Below are positions 1 through 10,085 of a DNA stretch of 35,945 nucleotides, piece by piece. A model generated the notes under the pieces. That model was not told the DNA's origin. It worked only from the letters and a program-made list of their open reading frames with translations, and ran no database searches. How positions within the stretch are numbered: the first letter of the stretch is position 1; every line of letters begins with the position of its first letter. This DNA is from Chiloscyllium plagiosum (taxonomy: Eukaryota), in the NCBI RefSeq assembly GCF_004010195.1, contig NC_057718.1, positions 28,806,277-28,842,221 of the forward strand, read 5' to 3'. Position numbers and translations under genes: made by a program.

Positions 1-220
1 CATATAAAGAAGCAGTGAAGTCCTGATGCTTAGTCAACATACTTGCAGATCTCCAGACTCTTGCACATGATAAGTAATCATGATATTCATAAAAAGTATA
101 ATACAACTGTTCTGAAAACTTTATTTTGACATGTATTTTTTTGGCTGATCTACATTGCAACTGATGAAGTCACTTGTGAAAACAAAATGTTTGCTGTTGC
201 TTTTGAAATGCCAATTGGGA

Positions 221-400
221 GGGCACTGGGTAATTTAGGTAGCTAGCATATAGTTCAGAATGCTACCTGCAGTAGTTCAATTCCCATTCCAGCTGAAGTA
301 GATTTGGGACCTGCCTTCTTGCTCTGCCACAAGAGTGGAATGCAATGGTGAAATATCACTGACAAATTGCCACGGAAAGCCACTCAGAACAAAACATCAG
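221..400 (+). mobile_element. Highly decayed tRNA-derived SINE head (possibly related to the family at 2248, 15548, 24523)
   Basis: B-box-like GTAGTTCAATTCCCATTCCAGCTGAAG resembles the corresponding head segments of the copies at 2248 and 24523; the rest is too diverged to align. Confidence 0.35.
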
Positions 401-727
401 TGGATAATGAGCCAAGGACCTGCTTTCAGGTCAAACACACGTACCACACCAGAGACTAACAGAGCAAAGTAAATGAAGCTATTGAGGGATGTGGAATCTT
501 GACTACATGATCTGTTCATATTTCAATAATTTCAGATCACATACTTTGCAGCTTTTGGTTTTAACTCATTTTTGTTTGTTTCTGGACTGCAACAATTCAG
601 TGCTTGCTGTGTCTTAGGAGTGGAGAGATATTAATATAGAGATGTCTCATATAATTAACTTAATGATTGATTTATTGAAACATGCAACAGCTTTTTGAAC
701 AACTTTTTTGTTTTATTTGTTATAATA

Positions 728-1053
728 GGGGAGGCAACAGCCTAGTGGTCTTATCGCTGGACCCAGATAATGTTCTGGGGACCTGGGTTCAAGTCCCACC
801 ACAGCAGATGGTAGAATTTGAATTCAATGAATACCTGGAATTAAGAATCTAATGATGACCATAATCCATTGTCAGGGAAAAATCCATCTGGTTCACTAAT
901 GTTCTTGAAGGAAGGAAACTGCCATCCTTATTTGGTCTGGCTGACATGTGATTCCAGGTCCACAGCAATGTGATTGACTCTTAACTGACCGCAGGGCAAT
1001 AAATGCTGCTGAGCCAGTGACACCCTCATCCCGTGAATGAATTTTTTAAAAAA
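728..1053 (+). mobile_element. Near full-length tRNA-derived SINE with LINE-derived 3' tail
   Basis: A-box-like CAGCCTAGTGG and B-box GGGTTCAAGTCCC; ends GGGCAATAAATGCTG...CATCCCGTGAATGAAT plus an A-rich tail; the tail matches the LINE 3' end at 24771-24933. Confidence 0.85.
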
Positions 1054-1569
1054 GCAGTGTGCGCCAGTATATATTAGGCAAAATTGACTACAAATACATA
1101 CTATAATCTTGGATAAAAGTACATTTAGACTAGAAACATGTATATAAATATTTAAAGCTGTTTTTGGTGCAATTTTCAGATACTATCTTCCATTCCATTT
1201 TCTTGGATCATGCCTTTATTATGTGTGTTAAGAGGATAATGTGGATTTGAAGATCAGAAGGTTAGGACCAGGAAATTATTAAAGTAACATGAAGATGCCA
1301 TGCCACCTTCTGTCAGGTATGGTTGCTTTAATGGGCAACCATCCACAAACATGACCTAGAGCTTCTCATCACTTGAAACTTTCATTATTTAACTTGCCCT
1401 TATCACTGACCTTTCTGTCCTCAGCCATCTGCAGTGTTCCAATGAGATTTGAGGACCAGATTCAAATCTCACTTTACAGCTTTTTGGTATATCATTACAT
1501 TCAATAGTTTCAACCATATACTTTGCAGTTTTTGTTTGTTTTTGGACTGCAACTATTCAACATTCTATC

Positions 1570-1912
1570 ATCAAACCTTTTTTTTAGATGTCTTTTGCCA
1601 ACTACCTGAACTCTATGCCTTTCTACCAATGGGAACATCATTTTTCTAAATACTCTGACCAGACTCTTGATGATTTGAATTTGTCCATCAAATCTCCTCT
1701 CAATCTTCCCTTCGCCAAACAAAACAGTCCCCAAATCTGTAATCCATCCTCATTGAAGTTACTGAAGTTCCTCATCCTCACAAACTTTCTCATGAATGTT
1801 TTCTGCACTATCTCTGATGTAATCACATCTTTCCTGAAGTACAGTGCCCAGAACAGGAGACAGTACCCCAGTTGAGGTTGAACCATGCACTATACATGTT
1901 TAACATAACTTT
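1570..1912 (-). mobile_element. Decayed CR1 LINE ORF2 C-terminal fragment
   Basis: Minus-strand translation VQPQLGYCLLFWALYFRKDV resembles the CR1 motif LVRPHLEYCVQFWSPYxRKD; similar to 27590-28225. Confidence 0.75.
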
Positions 1913-1919
1913 CAGAACC

Positions 1920-2140
1920 AGAGGAAAGCCCCCTAGTGCTCTGGTAATATGCATACCTTAAACATCATCACTATAGCTGATTTGCTCATTATTAAATTGT
2001 TGGATGTAAGAGTTTCTAAATTGCGAACTGAATTTCCTTTATAACAGTGATTACAATATTAAATTACTTATTTAGTTGTGAAGCATTTTGAGGCACGCAG
2101 AAATCGTAAAAAGTGCTGTATACATACAACTTCTTTCTTT
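1920..2140 (+). mobile_element. 3' half of a Deu-domain SINE (SacSINE1/AmnSINE1-like), old
   Basis: ...ATAACAGTGATTACA...TTGTGAAGCATTTTGAGGCAC...AAAGTGCTGTATACATACAACTTCTTTCTT follows the DeuSINE L2-like tail; similar to 18300-18727. Confidence 0.6.
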
Positions 2141-2247
2141 TACCTGGGCAAGATAACAAATAAAATTGGGGGAAAATTGTAAAAAATGGCCCCGAGAGAG
2201 AAGAAACAAGCAAATAATAAATAAATAAGCATGACCTTATCATCATA

Positions 2248-2450
2248 AGGGTCAGTTATCTCAGTTGGCTAGAGTGTGGTGCAGAGTAATGTAAACAGCA
2301 TGAGTTCAAACTCCATTTCGGCTGTATTGGAGGTCAGTTTCTTCACCTTGCCTCATGTGTGATGATGAATTGTGGCCCTTAAGCTATATAATGGACCATC
2401 TTTAATGGAGAGAGATGCTCATGACCCTTTGTGGATAGTTCATTGTAGCC
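2248..2450 (+). mobile_element. tRNA-derived SINE (same family as 15548-16050 and 24523-24742)
   Basis: GGGTCAGTTATCTCAGTTGGCT...GCAGAGTAATGTAAACAGCATGAGTTCAAACTCC head; TAATGGAGAGAG near the 3' end is shared with the other copies. Confidence 0.6.
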
Positions 2451-2686
2451 CATGTAGTCTCATCCAAAGGTAACAATTATATTTCCCTATGCCCACCCTC
2501 CCGGATCTCCACTGATTTTCATTTGTGCTTAAAGACTGAAAACTCATCAGGAGTTTCTTTTCAAATAAGAACTTAAAATAAAGAACGCCAGACATGGAAC
2601 CACTTTATGATTGAAAGCCTGCCTGAGGGCCTTTAAATCTTGTCTGGCTACACTGGTACAAATGCAAGTCAATGTGTAATGAATCT

Positions 2687-2880
2687 CTCAGCTCTCACAT
2701 GACAGAAGACATATATATTACATTAATAAATCTACTCAAGTGTCAGGACTAAATTTCTTTGTGTAATATTGCTACAAAATTAACCCTAAACTACAACATT
2801 AACACTAGAAAACTTCCAAATGGAAATAATGCAGTAAACTAACCTCCACAATCCTCAAAGGCTGACTGCAAGCAAAGATA
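2687..2880 (+). repeat. Direct repeat copy 1 (194 bp, ungapped, ~86% identical to 4191-4384)
   Basis: Manual alignment at offset 1504: 27 substitutions, no indels. Confidence 0.95.
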
Positions 2881-3532
2881 GAAGATGGATACCAGGAATT
2901 TCCTGATTGCACTCCATCCCTAGCTTTGCCAGGAGGTCAAAGAAAACCAAGATAAACCACACACAGAAGGATTTGGTTGATTTTCTGTCAAAGTTACTTA
3001 TGGCAATTTATGGGGAGAAGTGTCAAGAATATTTACAAATGTTTTTAATTCGCTCTTGGGATTTGGCAAAACTGGTAGTATTTGTTGCCCTTCTGCAGAC
3101 CATCTGAAACCATTTAGAACAAATTTGGAAGGAATTATTTTGCTTTTAATGTGCCCTGATGTTCCAATTCTCAGTGCAGTTCCATTATTAAATATGGAGG
3201 CTCTTTCTGCATGCCATATTGAGTGCACATCAGGCAGTTTGATGCCAGCTGCTCGGTTGAATTTCTAGGCAACAACTTCTGCTAGTTCAGTAGCATTTTA
3301 ACCAATAGGCTACCATAGCCAAAACTCCAACCTGAAGGTTATGCAATTTGGGGTTTGTGGTGGATAGTAATAGTATCCAAATCCTAGCTGCCTGATCTGA
3401 TAAAAAGAGGTAGGGCCATTGGGATGCTGGTGTCTGTTAGGATTTAATTTGTCTCATCATCTGTATAAATATTTATATGGCTAAAGTGAGGCCCATTGGA
3501 GTATTTCAAGCTGGCTGAGTGGTATGGAACTC

Positions 3533-3579
3533 AGGATAAACAAAAGTTTCTGAAGTTGTGTTCAGGAGTGTTACAGTAA
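3533..3579 (+). repeat. Inverted repeat, left arm (47 bp; 45/47 match to the reverse complement of 3972-4018)
   Basis: AGGATAAACAAAAGTTTCTGAAGTTGTGTTCAGGAGTGTTACAGTAA. Confidence 0.95.
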
Positions 3580-3971
3580 ATCAAATATGACATTTGGTTA
3601 CTGTAAAGCCATCCCTCTTTAGAAGGACCAACTTAATCTTTGTAGGTTTTTTGTTCCTGGACCTACATTTTGCTCCTTGATTTACATTACATTTTGCTGT
3701 CCATTCACCTTATACGCATCCACATCTATCCACATTAATGTAGTAGGTTAGTAATTCTGTTGGAGTCAGACACTTGGGAAATGAGTGTGTTTAACTCCCA
3801 CTCTGCCAGGTATAGCGACACAGCAGTGTTATGGGTCTTCCGATTTCAATGGTACTTAAAGTTTTTCTGTCAGTCCATTCTATTTCTTCCACCCACTCTT
3901 TTCCATTTCCGTTCAGCCCTTTTCTAAAACTTTATTGTGCTTTATTATTCTAGTTAGTGAGCCTAATGAAC

Positions 3972-4018
3972 TTACTCTAACACTCCTGAACACAACTTCA
4001 GAAACTTTTGCTTATCCT
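3972..4018 (-). repeat. Inverted repeat, right arm
   Basis: TTACTCTAACACTCCTGAACACAACTTCAGAAACTTTTGCTTATCCT is the reverse complement of 3533-3579 with 2 mismatches. Confidence 0.95.
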
Positions 4019-4190
4019 CTTCACTTTTAGCTCCATGCTTAAACCCTCTGTTCTGAGGTCTGAGCAGTGTCCACAAACTTGATTTCAGCTCACTAAAGAG
4101 GTTCTTTCTCTAAGCTGCCATTTGATTTGTTCACATCAACAACCTCGAACATCTGCAGTGATTCTAGAAGACGCCCACTCTATGAAGCGC

Positions 4191-4384
4191 CTCAGCTCTC
4201 ACATGTCGGAAGACATATATATTACATTCATAAATCTGCTTAAGTGTCAGGATTAAATTTCTTTATGCAATATTGCTACAAAATTAATCCTAACGTACAA
4301 CATTAACACTTCAAAAGCTCCAACTGGAAATAATGCAATAAAATAAGCTCCACACTGCTTGGAGGCTGACTGCTAGTAAAGACA
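4191..4384 (+). repeat. Direct repeat copy 2 (partner of 2687-2880)
   Basis: CTCAGCTCTCACATGTCGGAAGACATATATATTACA...GGCTGACTGCTAGTAAAGACA aligns ungapped to copy 1. Confidence 0.95.
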
Positions 4385-5072
4385 ATATAATAAGACAACA
4401 TTGATTGCAAAGACTGTAAGACTATAGCCTTCTGTCATGACTAGAAAGTAGACTTACAAGAGGTTCCTAGTCTAAGTGCCAACGTACTAAGGGTGGCTTT
4501 GTGAGGTCACAACCTCTCAAGGGTACTTATACACTTACTAGGGGATTGCTTCAAAAAGGCTTAAATACTAGAGTTCTTATATCTTCTTTGATGTTCTGGA
4601 CAACCCACTGACAGATATTGGGATCTCTTGGGAATCCATTTTTAAAGGTGATTCCCTTTAACAAAGGGACTTCATGTGCATCTCCCAAATTGACCCCAAT
4701 CGGTTCAGGCCCAAACACTTCAGTAGACTTTCCAATCTCTTTGGAGCATTGCAGGCATCTGAGCTGCGTGCTGTCATGACTCAAAAGATTTGACAGGATC
4801 AGTGGCAGAGATCAAGGCGGATGTTAGATGCACTACCCCATAAATGTTACGGTCAACCATTTTAATCTATAATTATTAATTAGATTAACCAAACAAGAAA
4901 TACATGTCATCCAAGTAGATTTATCAGCAGTCCCAAAAAGCCCATTTAACTGAACTCACAAGGGTCCCTGTGCTCTTCCTTTAGTCACTGTTCAGTTAAC
5001 CACTTGGTTTCAACTTTTGGGAATTCCTCTTCAGCATCTTTCTACTGTAAAGTGCTGGTCTTTTTATTTTCC

Positions 5073-5940
5073 TGTATTTTGATCATGGACTGAAATGGGA
5101 AAAGGACAATTTTGGTTTTAAAAGAGACTGTGAAAAGGAATACTGTATTTTTTAAAAGCAAGTTACCTGACACTTACGTTGCTAATCACAGTGCTGTTTG
5201 TTCAAGCATTGCGGAAAAGACTAAAAGTGAGCTGGAACTGAGGGATGTGTACAAAGGGAAATTCAACTGGCAACAAGTAACTGATTGGTCTGGGAAATGA
5301 TAGCCAGTTGTCATTGCCACAGGCCTCTGCCTTACAACAACTATATGATTGGCTCACAGGTAGCCGAACAGCTTGTGGATATGAATATTGGTCCAAAATT
5401 TTTAAAATACCTCAAACCTAAAAAGGCCAGTTTATTTCTACTCATCAGTTGGTGTAAGCTGTGGCCAATAAGTCAAAAGTTTTCTAAGTGTGAACTAATT
5501 GCTCTATGCCTCCCTCAAATAAGTGAAAGCACCTGAAGAAGGAATATTAAGGAGCAGCAAGTCCTGACAAGTCATCTCAGCAAAACCTGTAGATAGGGAA
5601 CATTGACCTGCCTTCCCAGCCTTTCCCCCTGCCCGTTACATCCTTTTTTGGTGGTTATGTGTGTGTGTGTGTGTGCCTGAGCGTGCACAGTCCTATGCAA
5701 GGGAGTTACAGTTTTATCTAGTAAAATTATATACTGATGATTCATAATTGTTTACCTGTAGATAACGTTTATTTACTTGTAATAAATAATAATTGTTATT
5801 AAGGGCAGGAACCTGCTTTCTATCAACCTTGGCCTGAATGACAGATAACTTGGGGTATTTTGTGCACTTTTATAAAATCTTTCACTTTTTTGATGATTCA
5901 GGGAATAGTGAGGCTTGATTTCCAATGTGCTCACCTAACA
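5073..5940 (+). mobile_element. Probable solo LTR (left boundary uncertain)
   Basis: Non-coding; internal (TG)n; AATAAA near 5783; ends ...CCTAACA, an LTR-type terminus; no TSD identified. Confidence 0.4.
5658..5675 (+). repeat. (TG)9 microsatellite
   Basis: Read directly. Confidence 0.95.
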
Positions 5941-6381
5941 AAGCATTCCATTACCTTGGCAACAGCCCCTCCCCCAACTCAAAAGATATTTATCCCCTCC
6001 TGACCCTTATCCTCTTCCTCCCCATTTGGTCAATATCCATTTGCTAAACTCTTTGCAAATAAATGAATTCAATTTGACAATTGTAACAATTATGTGATGG
6101 GCTGTTGTCCAGTGATAAATTCCCTTTTTTTAAAGAAGAATCTCAATAATCCAGTAGCTGCCATTTCAGATTTAGTGATTGCTCAATTTAACACTTGATC
6201 ACGGTACCTTTGTCCATTTATTCATGCCCACCTAATCTCTGTGGTTTTTATGATAGTTATTGAATCTTACTCCAATCTTAACCCCTAAACCACTGAAACG
6301 TCCCATAATCCTATCAGTACTACAACACTAGAAATAGTACTCAGAAACTAATGAATACTCCTCAGATTAGAGATAATTGCT

Positions 6382-6432
6382 AAAATGTTTAGTGACTCGG
6401 AATTACGATTCTTGGAGAAAGAGAGAGAGAGT

Positions 6433-6476
<44 letters not shown>

Positions 6477-7134
6477 AAGAAAAGCCCAGGAGCAGGTTCA
6501 CGCAAGAAAAGAAACATAACCGCAGAGGTGCTGTTAGTAGCAGTCTCACAGCAGTCAGCTTTGGGCACAGTTCCTAACTTTCTAAGGAGTCAGTGAAAAC
6601 TCCAGGAGCAGAAGGCTGTGGAAGTGTCAGAGAGGAAGACATCCCACAAAGCTGATGAAGAATGAGTTGAGGGAGCTCTTGTTAAGGAGCAAGTGAACTG
6701 AGTTATGAGCTTGTATAAGGGTTCTGGGGAGAGACATTGAACAAAATAGCACTGAGTTAACACAAAGGAAATTTGCTGCAAAGAAACCAAGTATAGCTGT
6801 GCCAATTGAGCAAGAAACCTCAGCATGGTGGGGATAACTCTTCATTGTGGTTTGACTGTCTGTAAGGTTATTGCAGGGGTAAAAAGGATAAATCATTCTT
6901 TTGATGGTTGTAATCAGAACATTCGAATAGTTCTTGACAGGTATATAGTTGATATTTTCCTTTTGTGTAATTAAGTTTCATGTTCTTTTATTGAAAATAC
7001 ATTGAGAGTCTCTTGTGAAAATGTTTAGTGACTGATGGTCTATGGAAAACAACAAGAAAAATACTATTCTATTAAGCCAGGTATCCCTCTGAGATCAGGT
7101 TTGGCTTGTCTCACCATCAGCTGGGATCATAACA
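6382..7134 (+). mobile_element. Probable solo LTR or LTR remnant (left boundary uncertain)
   Basis: Ends ...CAGCTGGGATCATAACA (LTR-like ...AACA terminus); purine-rich start and T-rich U5-like region. Confidence 0.45.
6414..6484 (+). repeat. Imperfect (GA)n polypurine microsatellite, ~70 nt
   Basis: Read directly; it explains the RE-rich ORF 6377-6577. Confidence 0.95.
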
Positions 7135-8533
7135 ATGTACCTTCCAGCCAATTGTGTTTTCTGACACTAGTCCAGGCATGACAGGGAGCTGGCAAGAGAT
7201 TCAACATCCATACTTATTTCAACAATGTGCATCTACTGGGCACTGCTCCTCACTAGTGATGATAAGCATGTCCATAGTCCTGATGGTACCAATAAGATGG
7301 GTACCAAAGCACTGGATGGCTTTCGTGGGTTCTAATACCTTGACTCATCTGGTAACTTCACTGAACCCTTTCTGCAGCTTCCTGGCACATGAATTGAGGA
7401 AGAGACATTCCCATTTGCAGGGCAGAATTCAATTCTATTGAGAACAATCACATACACACACAAACACATTACAAGGCTCAATGAAGAGTGAAGGCAGGTG
7501 GGCTGCATGACAATGAAGACTCGCAAATACGACAGGATTTGCTTTCTGGGCCTCCTGAGTGGCAACTGACCCACTAGCTGAATATCAGGACTGGCAGGAT
7601 GAGCCCCCTAAGTGAACATTAGTTACCCATTTCAGGGTCTCAAATGGCATCAGGTCAGGAAGTCTGTCCATAAGCTTTTCTGTTCTAGATGTATTTGGGG
7701 CAGGGACAGGAAGTTGCAGGTCAACCATCTGGGAATCGTCCTCCTGATTAAATGAGCTTCTCGCTCTCACTTGCAAACTCACCTCAAGGCGGAAGGTATT
7801 AAACTCTGCCTGCGGTGTCTTCTCCCTTCCTCCTGAGCTGCATTCCTGAGGGGCTGCGGTGGGCAGTGCTGAAGAGGGATTTTCTCACTCTGATCGTCTC
7901 CATCACATATTAAGCAGGCTCCATCCAATCACAGGACTACTGTTGTTCATTCCAAACCTTCTGACAATCAGGGCAACTTTAATTGTCCACAAACCAGGGT
8001 TCTGCCAAGTGGTAGGGTTAGAATTGCACAAATACACACCTGCTCTAGAGCACTGGGCACTGCCGTTTTCTGACCTTCACCTGCTCACCTAAGCAAAGTG
8101 GGAGGATATCTGTCCAAAGTAGACTAGGTCCTTTTTAACTTATGTCTCATCGATTTTTACTAGGGAGCCCAAGTGGGAAGCAGATGTGAGTTTCCATTCA
8201 GGCCAAACAAGCAAGGAAGTCCCAAAAGGAAACAAGACGCTCCTCTGGCTCCAAAGAGGAACTTGGTGTCTCTGGTCATGAATTATTCTTCATCCCCTCC
8301 AACTGAATACAGGAACCCAGACAATACTGCCACTTGTCCAGTGTCACTAGATAGCTTTCAGCTAGGGCATTTTCCATTACGTTTCAACTCCATACAACCT
8401 GGAATAAGTGGGAGATTGGTCAGCTTTATTTAAATAAGGAGAAAGTGAGGACTGCAGATGCTGGAGGTCAGAGTTGAAAAGTGTGGTGCTAGAAAAGAAC
8501 AGCAGATCAAGCAGCATTGGAGGAGCAGGTGAA

Positions 8534-8566
8534 TCGATGTTTCAGGCATAAGCCCTTCATCAGGAA
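8534..8566 (-). ncRNA. Minimal hammerhead ribozyme core in a Penelope terminal repeat
   Basis: Minus strand reads UUC-CUGAUGA-A-GGGC-UUAU-GCCU-GAAA-CAUCGA: conserved core boxes, a 4-bp stem II and a minimal stem III. Confidence 0.65.
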
Positions 8567-9373
8567 TGTGAGGGGGTGAGAGGTAAATAGGAGGGCGGGG
8601 GTGGTGCTGGGGTGAAGGTAGCTGAGAAGGCGATAGGCAGATGGAGGTGGGTGGCTGATGGTGATAGGTTGGAGAGAAGGGCAGAGCTAATAGGTGGGAA
8701 GGACATTGGTAGGACCGTTCAAGAGGGTTGTTCTAAATTGGAGGGTTAGATCTGGATGAGGTGGGGAGAGGGGGGATGAGGAAACTGGTGAAGTCAAAGT
8801 TGATGCCATGTGGTTTGAGGGTCTCAAAGCATCCAAGGCCCCAAAAGATCCTTCCACATCTGGCAGAGATTTTCCTGCACATCCAAACTACTCATCTACT
8901 GTGTCCATTGCTCTCGATGTGGTCTCCTCAACTTGTGGAATGCTCCAGGAAACATCTATGGGACACACGCACCAAATAACCCCACCACCCATTGGCTGAC
9001 CACTTCAACTCCCCGTCCCACTGTGCCAAGGACATACAAGTCCTGGGCTCCCTCCACCACCAAATCCAAGTCATCTGACACCTGGAGGAAGCACACCTCA
9101 TCTTCTGCCTTGGGACCCTCCAACCACATGGCATCAACGTCAATTTCATCAGTTTCCTCATCTCCCCACTTCATCCCAGATCCAACCCTCCAACTCAGCA
9201 CTGCATCTTGAACTGTCCTACTTCCTTCCCACTTATTGGCTCAACCCTCCCCTCCAACCTCACCATCACCCCCCCACCTCCATCTACCTATTGCCTTCCC
9301 AGCTAACTTTGCCCCAGCCCCACTCCCACCCTCCTATTTATCTCTCAGACCCCTTCACCACCCTTCCCCTACA

Positions 9374-9404
9374 TTCCTGATGAAGAGCTTATGCCCGAAA
9401 TGTA
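9374..9404 (+). ncRNA. Minimal hammerhead ribozyme core (partly decayed) in a Penelope terminal repeat
   Basis: UUC-CUGAUGA-A-GAGC-UUAU-GCCC-GAAA-UGUA; one mismatch in stem II. Confidence 0.55.
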
Positions 9405-9879
9405 TATTCTCCTGCTCCTTGGATGCTGCCTGACCTGTTGTGCTTTTCCAGTGCCACACTTTTCAATGTTATTTAAATAAGGCCCAGCAATTAATATAAA
9501 GCCAACTCACATTCTTACATGGGCAGCCATGAAATGAAGCAGCCATCCAATAGAAGTCTGTTGGCAGCCAAAACTAGAGTCATTGATTGTTTATACACAG
9601 AAATGTTCAGGCATTCAAATTCTTGAAATCACAAAAGCCTGTCTCCCACACACCTGTACATTCTGTGGCAGTGTGAGAACGCTCACCCACTAGTCGATGC
9701 ATTTCCAATAACAGGTGCTGGCTAGGCCTGGAGCTAGAATATGAAAATCAAAATCAATTTGACTGTAAATGTCTATGTGGGCTTCATGAATCTTTCCAGA
9801 TCAAGGCAGCTTACACTTGATCAGACAATTTATATTTTGACATTCCTAAACAATTATTCGAAGGATACGAGTAGGCCAT

Positions 9880-10085
9880 TTAGAACACAGAAAGTGGTGA
9901 GCCTGTGGAGGAAAGCAATTGGGGCCAAAACATTGGATGTATTCAAAAAAGAGTTGGATGAAGTTCTTCGGTCTCAAGGGAACAAAAGATATAGGGAGAA
10001 ACTGGGCTCAGGGCACAGAGTTGGAAGATCAACCATGATTATATTGAATGGCGGAGCAGGCTCAAAGATTTTCTCTTGTATTTCT
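9880..10085 (+). mobile_element. CR1 LINE 3' end fragment
   Basis: TQKVVSLW...AKTLDVFKKELD (CR1 ORF2 C-terminus), followed by the 3'UTR CCATGATTATATTGAATGGCGGAGCAGGCTC. Confidence 0.85.

Larger units (their letters stand above)
8440..9468. mobile_element. Penelope-like element: 5'-truncated + strand copy (GIY-YIG remnant plus terminal repeat, ~8832-9468) fused to an inverted terminal repeat (~8440-8831)
   Basis: 8839-8930 translates PKRSFHIWQRFSCTSKLLIYCVHCSRCGLL (PLE GIY-YIG N-terminal motif); 8469-8831 is the reverse complement of ~9105-9467; flanked by a 14-bp direct repeat TTATTTAAATAAGG at 8426-8439 and 9469-9482. Confidence 0.85.

Noticed and set aside
3200..3480. Retroviral RNase H (INIYTD) and integrase zinc-finger (CLMC) look-alikes on the minus strand
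   Set aside because: Only 4-6 residue matches, without the expected following residues or spacing
2680..4384. Direct repeats read as the LTR pair of a small LTR element (both start TGAA; copy 2 ends CA)
   Set aside because: No PBS, no polypurine tract and no TSD in either orientation; copy 1 ends TA
2687..4384. Diversity-generating-retroelement-like template/variable repeat pair
   Set aside because: Mismatches are not confined to adenines in either copy, there is no adjacent intact RT, and the context is vertebrate
4775..4860. Minus-strand peptide ...SALISATDPV resembling the SLC9A Na+/H+ exchanger signature
   Set aside because: Flanking residues do not match (no DCLLFG before, no TVLAIF after), a stop follows within 5 codons and there is no good splice donor
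6377..6577. ORF with an RE-repeat protein
   Set aside because: It is the translation of the (GA)n microsatellite
7140..8400. Possible Harbinger-type transposon remnants (also 12050-12840 and 25260-26400)
   Set aside because: Composition is suggestive but I could not recover DDE or Myb/SANT motifs, TIRs or TSDs by eye
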